The position numbers and the translations under genes are program-made. Below the pieces are notes generated by a model. That model was not told the origin of the DNA. It saw nothing but the letters and a program-made list of their open reading frames with translations, and did no database searches. Shown piece after piece: positions 27,982-35,754 of a stretch of DNA of 40,520 nucleotides. The stretch lies in NCBI GenBank assembly GCA_041663045.1, contig JBAZRH010000002.1, positions 73,179-113,698 on the forward strand, given 5' to 3'. Position 1 is the stretch's first letter, and each line of letters begins with the position of its first letter. This DNA comes from Minisyncoccota bacterium. Its GTDB lineage: Bacteria; Patescibacteriota; Minisyncoccia; Phycocordibacterales; GWA1-40-21.

Positions 27982-30060
27982 CTATATTTCTACATTTGGT
28001 GCGGCGGGTAGAAGTATATTTGTGGTTGTGCTCAGACCGCCAATAAATGGTGTATTGTTTTCGAGTAATCCAGATATAACAACAGAGATGGTATGCAATC
28101 CAACAGTGGTAAATATTATAGGCGAGCTGGAGCTTGTTGTAGTCTCTCCACCATTCCAGGAATACATGAGTGACTCTTGATCTAAGTTAACTGGAGTGCC
28201 ATTGTTGTCTCCTCTCGTTATACCGGTCCTAGTATCTACAGAAACATCGAATGATTGATTAACATATAAAATTGGAGAAGAAAAGCTTAAAATAGCTCCG
28301 TTTATCGGCGTAGCACTTGACCAAACATTTACTGAACAACTAGGGTTCTTCGAGATTTCTTGTACTCCGTATCCAGACATTATTTTTAAATAGACCGTCT
28401 TCATTTCAGGATCTTCATTTGGATTAAGATTAAAATTATGGTAATTTGGGATATCTACAGTTCGAGAATCCTCTCCATTTAATCTTGAATCAGTTTCGTC
28501 TATCCACAAATATCGGTAATCTCCGTCACCACCGCTTATAGGGAATTCTGTAGTTGGCGAAGCTTTCCATGTCATATCAGTAGAGCTACTTATATTGTCC
28601 ACCTTTGTATTATGCACATACGCACCACAACCTCCACCGACAATCGACGGAAGACAACTTATAGAAGAATGTTTTGATGAGGAAAAACTTGAAACACTGG
28701 AAGAGCTTACACTATTCACAGCTTGAATCGCATAAGTATGTGAATCAGTAGGGACAAGACCTGTGTCTGTTGTCGATGTACCGAAAACTGCTTTCAAAGG
28801 AGTTACAATATTGCCATCTTTGTAGAGTTTATAATATTCCGCATATTCCACTTCGGGCCAAGAAATATCCATACTCTCGCACTCACCTATGTCGATCGAT
28901 GCATTTACAGTTGGAATAGCTGGAGTGCTTGTGATATTGCATGTATTTGTATAATTTACAGATACTGTATTCGATATCGAATCTGAACAACCAGATATAT
29001 TTTTGGCAATTACTTTATATGTATAAGTTGAACCGGCGGACACTCCGTTATCAGTGTATGTAATCGCATCCGACGAAATATTAACATTGTCTACGGTAGC
29101 TATCAGTGAATTATCCCTGTAAATTTCAAATGTCTGACTTGGCGGAGCCGGAGAATAGTATACAGGTCTCCAGCTCAACCCTACCCCTCCATGGCATGTC
29201 ACATTTGGAGTAGCGGAAAGGCTGATTGCGTTCGTAGACGGCAAAGTGGCGACAACACGGTACGAAGGTGAGCCGAAAGTTTGAGTAGTATCAGTGTATG
29301 AATATGCGTTTAAGCTAGAGTTGTAATAAGGATTGACGTCATTCCATATACCGACAACGTATTCAAAACCAGCAAGCGATACTCTATAAGCATAATAAGC
29401 TACAGCATTTGATAATTTATACCAAGAAAAATCAGTGCCGGAAGAGTTTGGTGTACCGACATAGACCGGAGAAATAATCTGCGTCGGATGAATTGCGGGA
29501 CAAGCGACGGTGTAATTTTGATGGGCACTCAAATCTGCTCGATTAGTATCATAAGGGCTACTAATCGATGCATTGAAAGATAAACTATAATTACCTGCTG
29601 TGGTTGGTGAGGTGAAAGGACCTAAAGAATAATTTGAAAAGGTCATCGGAATATTATAATCAGGACAATAATACATCCAATCACCGTTAGACCATACCCG
29701 ATTTCCAGAAGTCACAATATTCGTGTCATCGGTACACCTAACACCATCCCTTGAAAGACTTGTGCTGTATGAACCGGAAGTTAGTGTAAAGGTCTTCGAG
29801 TGATTGCTACAGGCATTGGCCGTAGCTGAAACCTGAAGATAGAATTGCTGACCAGGATAAAGCGTACCGACTGGTGAATTTACGAATACGCTATATATAG
29901 AACCGTCTCCACCCGTTGTATAACTGTCTATTACATAGGCATCTGACTTATTTATGTTAACAAAAAGGGTAAGGCAGATTATAAGGATGGCACAGAAAGA
30001 AGAAGCAGAAATTAAAAAAGCTTGTTTATTCAAAAAATTAGATTTGACAAGAAATTTCAT
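27982..30060 (-). CDS. Secreted FN3/PKD-like surface protein, paralog of the C-terminal half of 24984-27872
   Basis: Signal peptide ending KSDA; GGDGSIY...ANAC motif; FN3-like repeats (ISWPEVEYAEYYKLY); shared C-terminal TTVGL...STTTNI. Confidence 0.75.
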   Translation of the reverse strand: MKFLVKSNFLNKQAFLISASSFCAILIICLTLFVNINKSDAYVIDSYTTGGDGSIYSVFVNSPVGTLYPGQQFYLQVSATANACSNHSKTFTLTSGSYSTSLSRDGVRCTDDTNIVTSGNRVWSNGDWMYYCPDYNIPMTFSNYSLGPFTSPTTAGNYSLSFNASISSPYDTNRADLSAHQNYTVACPAIHPTQIISPVYVGTPNSSGTDFSWYKLSNAVAYYAYRVSLAGFEYVVGIWNDVNPYYNSSLNAYSYTDTTQTFGSPSYRVVATLPSTNAISLSATPNVTCHGGVGLSWRPVYYSPAPPSQTFEIYRDNSLIATVDNVNISSDAITYTDNGVSAGSTYTYKVIAKNISGCSDSISNTVSVNYTNTCNITSTPAIPTVNASIDIGECESMDISWPEVEYAEYYKLYKDGNIVTPLKAVFGTSTTDTGLVPTDSHTYAIQAVNSVSSSSVSSFSSSKHSSISCLPSIVGGGCGAYVHNTKVDNISSSTDMTWKASPTTEFPISGGDGDYRYLWIDETDSRLNGEDSRTVDIPNYHNFNLNPNEDPEMKTVYLKIMSGYGVQEISKNPSCSVNVWSSATPINGAILSFSSPILYVNQSFDVSVDTRTGITRGDNNGTPVNLDQESLMYSWNGGETTTSSSSPIIFTTVGLHTISVVISGLLENNTPFIGGLSTTTNILLPAAPNVEI

Positions 30061-30142
30061 TGGGTGTATTATACCACTACTGAAGTTCGCTGGAAAGCGA
30101 ACTCGTTTTTTTAGAAAAATTTAATAGTATAATGAAAATAAA

Positions 30143-31348
30143 ATGTTAGATCTTAAAGTGATAAACTCTGTTATAGAACAGATGGAACAAGAAAGGGGAA
30201 TACCTAAAGCAAAGATGCTTGAGGCTATTGAAATGGCCCTTGCTACTGCCTACAAAAAAGAATACGGTAAGAAAGGACAAATAATAAAATCAAAGTTAGA
30301 TATAAATAGCGGAAAAGCCGAGTTCGTGCAGGTTAAAATGGTTGTAGACAAAGATGCCGTCGTGATGAGAGAAGAAAAGAAGGATGAGAAAAAAGAGAAA
30401 GAAGACAAGAGGAGAAAAGGTTTTGATAAAGATGATGGAGAGAAAATAGAAATCAACGAAGAAACTGGAGAAAAGATAATCTATTATAATCCTGAACATC
30501 ATATATTTCTTGAAGATGCTAAGAAGATTAAGAGGGATGCCAAAATTGGTGATGAGCTTATCTTCCCTCTTGAAGAGAAGTCAGATTACGGAAGAATCGC
30601 CGCACAAACCGCAAAACAAGTCATCATACAAAAAATCAGAGAGGCTGAAAAAGTTTCTGTTTTCAACGAATATGGAGAAAAAGAAGGCCAAATAGTCACA
30701 GGTACCGTACAAAGAGCGGAGAGAGGAAATATTTTCGTAGATATGGGTAGAGCTACAGCTATTTTACCTTTCGAGGAACAAATACCTGGTGAAAAATACA
30801 TTCCTGGTGAAAGAATAAGGGGGTATCTATACAGAGTGGAAGAAACACCAAAAGGAATTTTCTTGAGATTATCAAGATCACATCCGAAATTCTTGGAAGA
30901 ATTGTTTAAAACAGAAACACCGGAACTTGGCGCAGGCACTGTGGAGATAAAAGCTATTGCAAGAGAAGCCGGCTCAAGATCAAAGATCGCTGTCGCCTCA
31001 AAAGACGAACATATTGATCCTGTCGGTTCACTTGTAGGACAAAGGGGTGTCAGAGTTTCTACTGTTATGTCGGAACTTGGCGGAGAAAAAATAGATATTA
31101 TTGAGTGGTCAGATGATGCAAAGAAATTTATTGAAGACGCCCTCTCACCGGCTCGGGTACTTAGTGTTTCAATAAATGAAGCAGAGAAGAAAACCACAGT
31201 AGAGGTTGCTGCCGATCAGCAGTCTCTCGCTATCGGAAAAGGAGGACAAAATGTCCGCCTTGCTGCTAAACTCACTGGTTGGAAAATAGACATAGTCGCG
31301 GTTGAGGGAGAATACGTCGAGGCCGAAGAAACAAAAGAAGAAAAGTAA
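30143..31348 (+). CDS. nusA: Transcription termination factor NusA
   Basis: GRIAAQTAKQVI.QKIREAE, S1 domain, LSRS, IAREAGSRSKIAV, GQRG.RV, ALSPA, AIGKGGQNVRLAAKLTGWKIDI. Confidence 0.98.
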   Translation: MLDLKVINSVIEQMEQERGIPKAKMLEAIEMALATAYKKEYGKKGQIIKSKLDINSGKAEFVQVKMVVDKDAVVMREEKKDEKKEKEDKRRKGFDKDDGEKIEINEETGEKIIYYNPEHHIFLEDAKKIKRDAKIGDELIFPLEEKSDYGRIAAQTAKQVIIQKIREAEKVSVFNEYGEKEGQIVTGTVQRAERGNIFVDMGRATAILPFEEQIPGEKYIPGERIRGYLYRVEETPKGIFLRLSRSHPKFLEELFKTETPELGAGTVEIKAIAREAGSRSKIAVASKDEHIDPVGSLVGQRGVRVSTVMSELGGEKIDIIEWSDDAKKFIEDALSPARVLSVSINEAEKKTTVEVAADQQSLAIGKGGQNVRLAAKLTGWKIDIVAVEGEYVEAEETKEEK

Positions 31349-31359
31349 GGACGAAATCC

Positions 31360-31394
31360 ATAAAAGGTGGGGCGCGAAGCGCCCCACCTTTTAT
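31360..31394. terminator. Terminator after nusA, c-GAA-g triloop
   Basis: ataaaaggtggggcgc-gaa-gcgccccaccttttat. Confidence 0.8.
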
Positions 31395-31478
31395 TATCTC
31401 TTGTTTGACTTTATTAATATATGGAATATAATTTAACTGTAAAAATCCTGATTATAAGACTTAAATCTAAATAAGACT

Positions 31479-32084
31479 ATGAAAAAAATATTGGTAGTGA
31501 TAACAATTTCACTAATTTTAAGTGGCTACGCCATGATAAGTAACGCTTCTACAATATCGTCAAATGAAACTTCTAGAGAAAATATAAAGAAAGCAATAGA
31601 CGATGCGGTTAATAAAATGAAAGCTGTTCAAGAAAAGAGAAATAACCTTGAGCAAAGAGTTGAAAAGATAATAGAGACAGCTCAAGATAAATTTATCAGG
31701 AATTTTGACGTTGCAATTATAAACTTAAACAGACTGTCAGCAAAAACTAGTGCGGTTATCACAAGAATTAGTGATTCTGGTAAAGATATAGAGGTTGAAA
31801 AATCACTTCTTGCATCATCTACAGTAACAATCGCAAAAGCAAAGACAGAATATGACACACTCAAAAATCTAGTATCGCAAACCGCCACAATCACACGAAA
31901 AGAAAAGAGAGTTGTTTTAGATTCCGTGAAGATACAAAGCGAGAAGACCAAGGAAGCGATAAAGGCGGCTCATGCAAGTATAGTAAATGTAATAAAGTCG
32001 CTTAAAATGAATCTTGCAAATGAAAGAGATGGGGCTGAGCAAAATGAATCGACTTCAAATTCTACATCAACAAACAATCAATAA
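31479..32084 (+). CDS. Secreted helical/coiled-coil hypothetical protein
   Basis: Signal peptide MKKILVVITISLIL..SNA followed by a long K/E-rich amphipathic region. Confidence 0.7.
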   Translation: MKKILVVITISLILSGYAMISNASTISSNETSRENIKKAIDDAVNKMKAVQEKRNNLEQRVEKIIETAQDKFIRNFDVAIINLNRLSAKTSAVITRISDSGKDIEVEKSLLASSTVTIAKAKTEYDTLKNLVSQTATITRKEKRVVLDSVKIQSEKTKEAIKAAHASIVNVIKSLKMNLANERDGAEQNESTSNSTSTNNQ

Positions 32085-32112
32085 CTTCATTAAAAGACAA
32101 TAAGATAATAAT

Positions 32113-32358
32113 ATGGATGTAAACAATACAAATAAAAATGGTTCGGGGGCGATAATAGGAGCTATAATCGTGATCGTTGTCCTTATCGCTGGGGGGTTCT
32201 ACTTCTACACCCAGAGAATAAACAAGCAGAGACAATTTGAAGCGATGAAAAATACGGTTACGCAATCTACTTCTGTAACAAAGGATATAGATTCTTTACT
32301 CATCGAGGCCTCGTCGACAGATCTAAATAATCTAGGCGATGGAATAGAAAATCTATAA
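32113..32358 (+). CDS. Small single-TM hypothetical protein
   Basis: GAIIGAIIVIVVLIAGGFYFY TM followed by a polar tail. Confidence 0.7.
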   Translation: MDVNNTNKNGSGAIIGAIIVIVVLIAGGFYFYTQRINKQRQFEAMKNTVTQSTSVTKDIDSLLIEASSTDLNNLGDGIENL

Positions 32359-32551
32359 AAGCTCGCTCGTATCACCATTTTTCATCAGTGTGCCTTCACC
32401 CCAAAGAAAATCATAGTCGCTGTTCTATACGAAAAATCAAGAACTCGCTGTATCAGAATACAGCTCAAACAACTTGATTTTTCTAAACAGCTCCTTGATT
32501 TTACTTGGGGTTCTCGGCAATGATGAAAAATGGTGATATTCGCTCGCTTAC
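32355..32551. repeat. Repeat family B, copy 1 (197 bp, nested hairpin, 18-bp terminal inverted repeat)
   Basis: About 95% identical (10 mismatches) to 33767-33963; arms tatcaccatttttcatca / tgatgaaaaatggtgata; ATCAGAAT apex at 32452-32459. Confidence 0.9.
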
Positions 32552-32639
32552 AGATTCCCCCACAGCAAAAATATTTATAAATCCTCGCTCGCTAACTTTT
32601 TTGCTTTTTTTCCGATTTTCAGCTACACTCATTTTTAAT

Positions 32640-33698
32640 ATGAATAAGAAAATATATAAAATCGTAGATACAAAAAAGCTTCCGGATTGCGAAGTTGAGA
32701 TAACAGCAGAGATTTCAGCCGAAAATCTTGAAAGCTATAAAGCAAAAGCCTTCAAGAAAATACAAGAAGTCGCTGAATTACCCGGCTTTAGAAAAGGCAA
32801 GGTCCCTGAAGCCATGCTCAAGGAAAAGATCGGCGAGATCGGCATCTTGGAAGACGCTGGTGAGATGGCTATAAACGACTGCGCCATAGAGATAATCGCC
32901 GAGTCAAAAGTCTCTCTTCTTGGTAGTCCAAATATTACAATATCAAAAATCGCTATCGGTGCCCCGCTTGAATTCAAGATAAAAGTCTCCACAATGCCGG
33001 AAGTAAAACTTGCCGACTATAAGAAAATCGCCAAAAAAGAAAATTCAAAAGAAGAAAAGATTGAAGAAGTTACAGAAAAGCAGATAAATGACACGATTGA
33101 GGAGATAAGAAAAATGTATGCCGAGCAGAATCATTCACATAAGCCGGGCGAGGAACACAAGGAAGGCGAAAATCTCCCCCTCCCCGAAATAAATGACGAA
33201 TTCGTAAAAAAACTTGGCGATTTCAAAGATGTTGCAGATTTCAAAGTAAAGCTCAAAGAAAATATCGCCAAAGAAAAGGAATTTAAGGCAAAAGACAAAA
33301 AGCGATTGACGATAGTTGAGAAAGTTATAGAAGACTCAAAGATAGAAATGCCGAAAGCTCTCGTGGAAAATGAGCTTTTCAAAATGCAGGCGCAATTTGA
33401 AGATGATATTTCAAAAATGGGTTTGAAACCGGAAGATTATTTGAAACATATTAAGAAAACTTGGGATGATTTGAAAAAAGAATGGCGACCGGATGCCGAA
33501 AAAAGAGCAAAATTGCAAATAGTTTTGCATCAGATTGCTACGAATGAAAAGCTTGAGGCCGACAAAGATATGGTAGAAAAAGAGACGAAGCATCTCGTAG
33601 AATATTATAAAGGTGCCGATCCAGAGAGAACCCGAGCCTATGTTGAAATGCAATTAATAAACGCTAAAGTCTGGAAATTTCTTGAGGAAGCCAAATAG
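32640..33698 (+). CDS. tig: Trigger factor, apparently lacking the FKBP PPIase domain
   Basis: GFRKGKVP ribosome-binding motif, then EINDEFVKKLG and the C-terminal domain (IEMPKALVENE, AEKRAKLQIVL). Start MNKKI (32640); the longer ORF start lies in repeat B. Confidence 0.9.
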   Translation: MNKKIYKIVDTKKLPDCEVEITAEISAENLESYKAKAFKKIQEVAELPGFRKGKVPEAMLKEKIGEIGILEDAGEMAINDCAIEIIAESKVSLLGSPNITISKIAIGAPLEFKIKVSTMPEVKLADYKKIAKKENSKEEKIEEVTEKQINDTIEEIRKMYAEQNHSHKPGEEHKEGENLPLPEINDEFVKKLGDFKDVADFKVKLKENIAKEKEFKAKDKKRLTIVEKVIEDSKIEMPKALVENELFKMQAQFEDDISKMGLKPEDYLKHIKKTWDDLKKEWRPDAEKRAKLQIVLHQIATNEKLEADKDMVEKETKHLVEYYKGADPERTRAYVEMQLINAKVWKFLEEAK

Positions 33699-33713
33699 CT
33701 TGTAGCTAGCCTG

Positions 33714-33745
33714 CCCCGAGATTCATTCTGATGAATTTTTCGGGG
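33714..33745. other. Hairpin after tig with the reverse ATCAGAAT apex
   Basis: ccccga-g-attcat-tctg-atgaat-ttt-tcgggg. Confidence 0.55.
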
Positions 33746-33766
33746 GGAGTTTCTTGAATCCGTAAA

Positions 33767-33963
33767 ATAAAAGCTCCCTCATATCACCATTTTTCATCAG
33801 TGTGCCTTCACCCCAAAGAAAATCATAGTCGCTGTTCTATACGAAAAATCAAGAACTCGCCACATCAGAATGTGTCTCAAACAACTTGATTTTTCTAAAC
33901 AGCTCTTTGATTTTACTTGGGGTTCTCGGCAATGATGAAAAATGGTGATATTCGCTCGCTTAC
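33767..33963. repeat. Repeat family B, copy 2
   Basis: Direct repeat of 32355-32551 at offset 1412; apical stem altered by three compensatory pair changes. Confidence 0.9.
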
Positions 33964-33976
33964 GGCAGAAATTTCC

Positions 33977-34009
33977 GTCTTTGCGAGTTAATCCGAAGCA
34001 ATCCAGTCT
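33977..34009 (+). repeat. REP-like element (GTC..TTGCG...GCAATCCAG type), left DGR border
   Basis: gtctttgcgagttaatccgaagcaatccagtct, directly adjacent to the RT stop. Confidence 0.5.
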
Positions 34010-35058
34010 CAATCCCCCAGTATTTTATCTATCTGCCTTTTTATCCCCTCTCCATTACAATACTTAAGCATACCCAAATAAGATTGGACGGCCTGTTTAA
34101 AATACTTTTCATCAACCAAACCTTTATCAAAATCCTCCTTTAATTTAACTAGCTTATTCAAAACCCTTTTCTTCGTCTTCGTCCTCAAAACCCTATAATG
34201 CGGAAGAGAAACATACCCTAGAAAATCCGTCCCTGAGATAATCTTACGCAAACTTATTTTTCTAGGATGTAGCTCTACCAAGAGTTTTTCTCTGAAAAAA
34301 TCTTGTATTCCTACAAGGCAACTTTTCAAAAACTCAAGATTATCAGCTAAAATAACAAAATCATCGCAATATCTAATATAATATCTGGCCTTAAGTCTAT
34401 GTTTTATAAACTGATCTAATTCGTTTAGATAGATATTTGAAAAAAGCTGGCTTGTAACATTACCAAGTGGCAAACCTTTGCCTTTTTCCTTTTCAAAAGA
34501 GCCGACAATCTTCTGAATTAAGTTCAATAAATCTCTATCCCCCACTTTTTTGCATATCAAATCCAGAAGTATTTTGTGGTCTATATTGTCAAAAAATTTT
34601 CTTATATCGCATTTCAATACATATCCGCTTCTCGTATAATTCCCAGAAACTTTCCTCGCAAACTCCTCAAATCTTTTAACCCCCGCATGCGTTCCCTTCA
34701 TCTCTCGTGAAGAATATGAATCAAAAATAAAAATAGGATTGAAAATCTGATATAATGCCTGATGCACGGCTTGATATAAAACCATATCCCTTATATCCGC
34801 CTTGTGTATTTCGCGAAGTTTTGGATCGCAAACTTTGAAAGCAAAGTATGGTCTGGGCTTCCACTGAAAAGTGGACAGCTCGCTATGCAAAGAAAAAATA
34901 TTTTCTTCAAGATTCAATTCAAAATCAGCCACTTCTTTTTTTGACCTTTTGCCCTTAGAAAACTTCCGCCAAGCCTTTAATAAATTTTTAATAGATATTA
35001 CATCACAAAAACTACAACTATGACGCCCCCCCCCCGCACGTGTTCGCAAAACTCCCAT
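34009..35058 (-). CDS. DGR reverse transcriptase
   Basis: ISIKNLLKAW..F.KGKR, CDIRKFFDNIDH, GLPLGNVTSQLFSNIYLNELD (GxxxSQ), YIRYCDDFVI, DFLGY; no endonuclease or maturase tail. Confidence 0.93.
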   Translation of the reverse strand: MGVLRTRAGGGRHSCSFCDVISIKNLLKAWRKFSKGKRSKKEVADFELNLEENIFSLHSELSTFQWKPRPYFAFKVCDPKLREIHKADIRDMVLYQAVHQALYQIFNPIFIFDSYSSREMKGTHAGVKRFEEFARKVSGNYTRSGYVLKCDIRKFFDNIDHKILLDLICKKVGDRDLLNLIQKIVGSFEKEKGKGLPLGNVTSQLFSNIYLNELDQFIKHRLKARYYIRYCDDFVILADNLEFLKSCLVGIQDFFREKLLVELHPRKISLRKIISGTDFLGYVSLPHYRVLRTKTKKRVLNKLVKLKEDFDKGLVDEKYFKQAVQSYLGMLKYCNGEGIKRQIDKILGD

Positions 35059-35392
35059 TATTCATAATATAAGAATACTACACAAAGATTTATATGTCTT
35101 TGGCCAAAAGCTCTCAAAAAGAGATAAACTTGGTATTCACGCAATCATTGAAAGAGTTTGTATGGATATTTTATCGTTATCCATAGAATCAGCTTATAAA
35201 AAAGAAGCTTTGAAAATACCTCCATTGGTATTACTTAGGATAAAAGTCGGTCTCCTGCAAAATCTTATACGAACAGAAAATGAGCTTAAAATTTTGGATG
35301 ACGAGACATATTTGCGATTTTCTGCGCAAATAGTGGAAATATCAAAAATGGCTAGTGGGTGGATAAACTATATGAACGCAAAACCTGCCTAA
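35020..35392 (+). pseudogene. avd: Avd-like four-helix-bundle accessory protein, frameshifted in a C10 run as assembled
   Basis: The frame upstream of ATG 35162 is open back to 35024 (VRKTPIIHNIRILHKDLYVFGQKLSKRDKLGIHAIIERVCMDILSL...LLQNLIR...EISKMASGWINY), an Avd-like pattern. ATG 35020 joins this frame only if the C run (35026-35035) is 9 or 12 long. Confidence 0.75.
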
Positions 35393-35405
35393 GGCAGGTT
35401 TTGCG
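35377..35405. other. 13-bp perfect hairpin just 3' of the TR; the avd stop codon is its loop
   Basis: cgcaaaacctgcc-taa-ggcaggttttgcg. Confidence 0.75.
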
Positions 35406-35408
35406 AGA

Positions 35409-35523
35409 AATTTCCTCACGCGCACCCATGTTGTCGTTCTCGTAGTCGGCGTTGTTCCAGTTGAACCTGACATTGCGATTGTTCGGGTTCCAGTTGCCGT
35501 AAGCCACCTTGCCGTCCGAAAGG
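35409..35523 (-). ncRNA. DGR template repeat (TR)
   Basis: 115-bp match to 35776-35890 with 14 mismatches, 13 at TR adenines (minus strand); 10 AAY codons in the VR frame; 34 adenines by my count. Confidence 0.93.
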
Positions 35524-35697
35524 GTATTTTGATATTTTCCGTCCGTATCACCGAAAGTCTTTTACAAGACCTTCTGAGTTTTCCCGCGGTAGAGCGAGCA
35601 TAGTATAAAAAATATCAAGCAATTTCTTTTTGTTGGCAAACCGTCATCTCTGTTTTAACAAAGCCGGCTTAACAGCCATTTTTATTATATAAAAAAA

Positions 35698-35731
35698 CCG
35701 GCACAAAGCAACTTTCATTGCTTTGTGCCGG
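35698..35731 (-). terminator. 14-bp hairpin downstream of the VR: terminator and/or DGR homing cruciform
   Basis: ccggcacaaagcaa-ctttca-ttgctttgtgccgg, followed by a T7 run on the minus strand, about 44 nt past the VR end. Confidence 0.75.
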
Positions 35732-35754
35732 AGTAAGGGTGAAGGGAGAGAGAA

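Noticed and set aside
24984-30060. Surface proteins or pilins as additional DGR targets
   Set aside because: I found no similarity to the TR at their 3' ends by eye; remote targets outside the window remain possible.
32505-32639. N-terminal extension of trigger factor in the ORF track
   Set aside because: It begins inside repeat B; homology starts at MNKKIY.
34009-35058. RT as a group II intron, retron or CRISPR-associated RT
   Set aside because: An adjacent TR/VR pair with adenine-specific changes, an Avd-like gene and the GxxxSQ motif identify a DGR; no maturase, HNH or Cas1 domain is visible.
35162-35392. 76-aa ORF as a complete gene
   Set aside because: The frame is open and Avd-like for about 46 codons upstream; it is the 3' part of the frameshifted gene.
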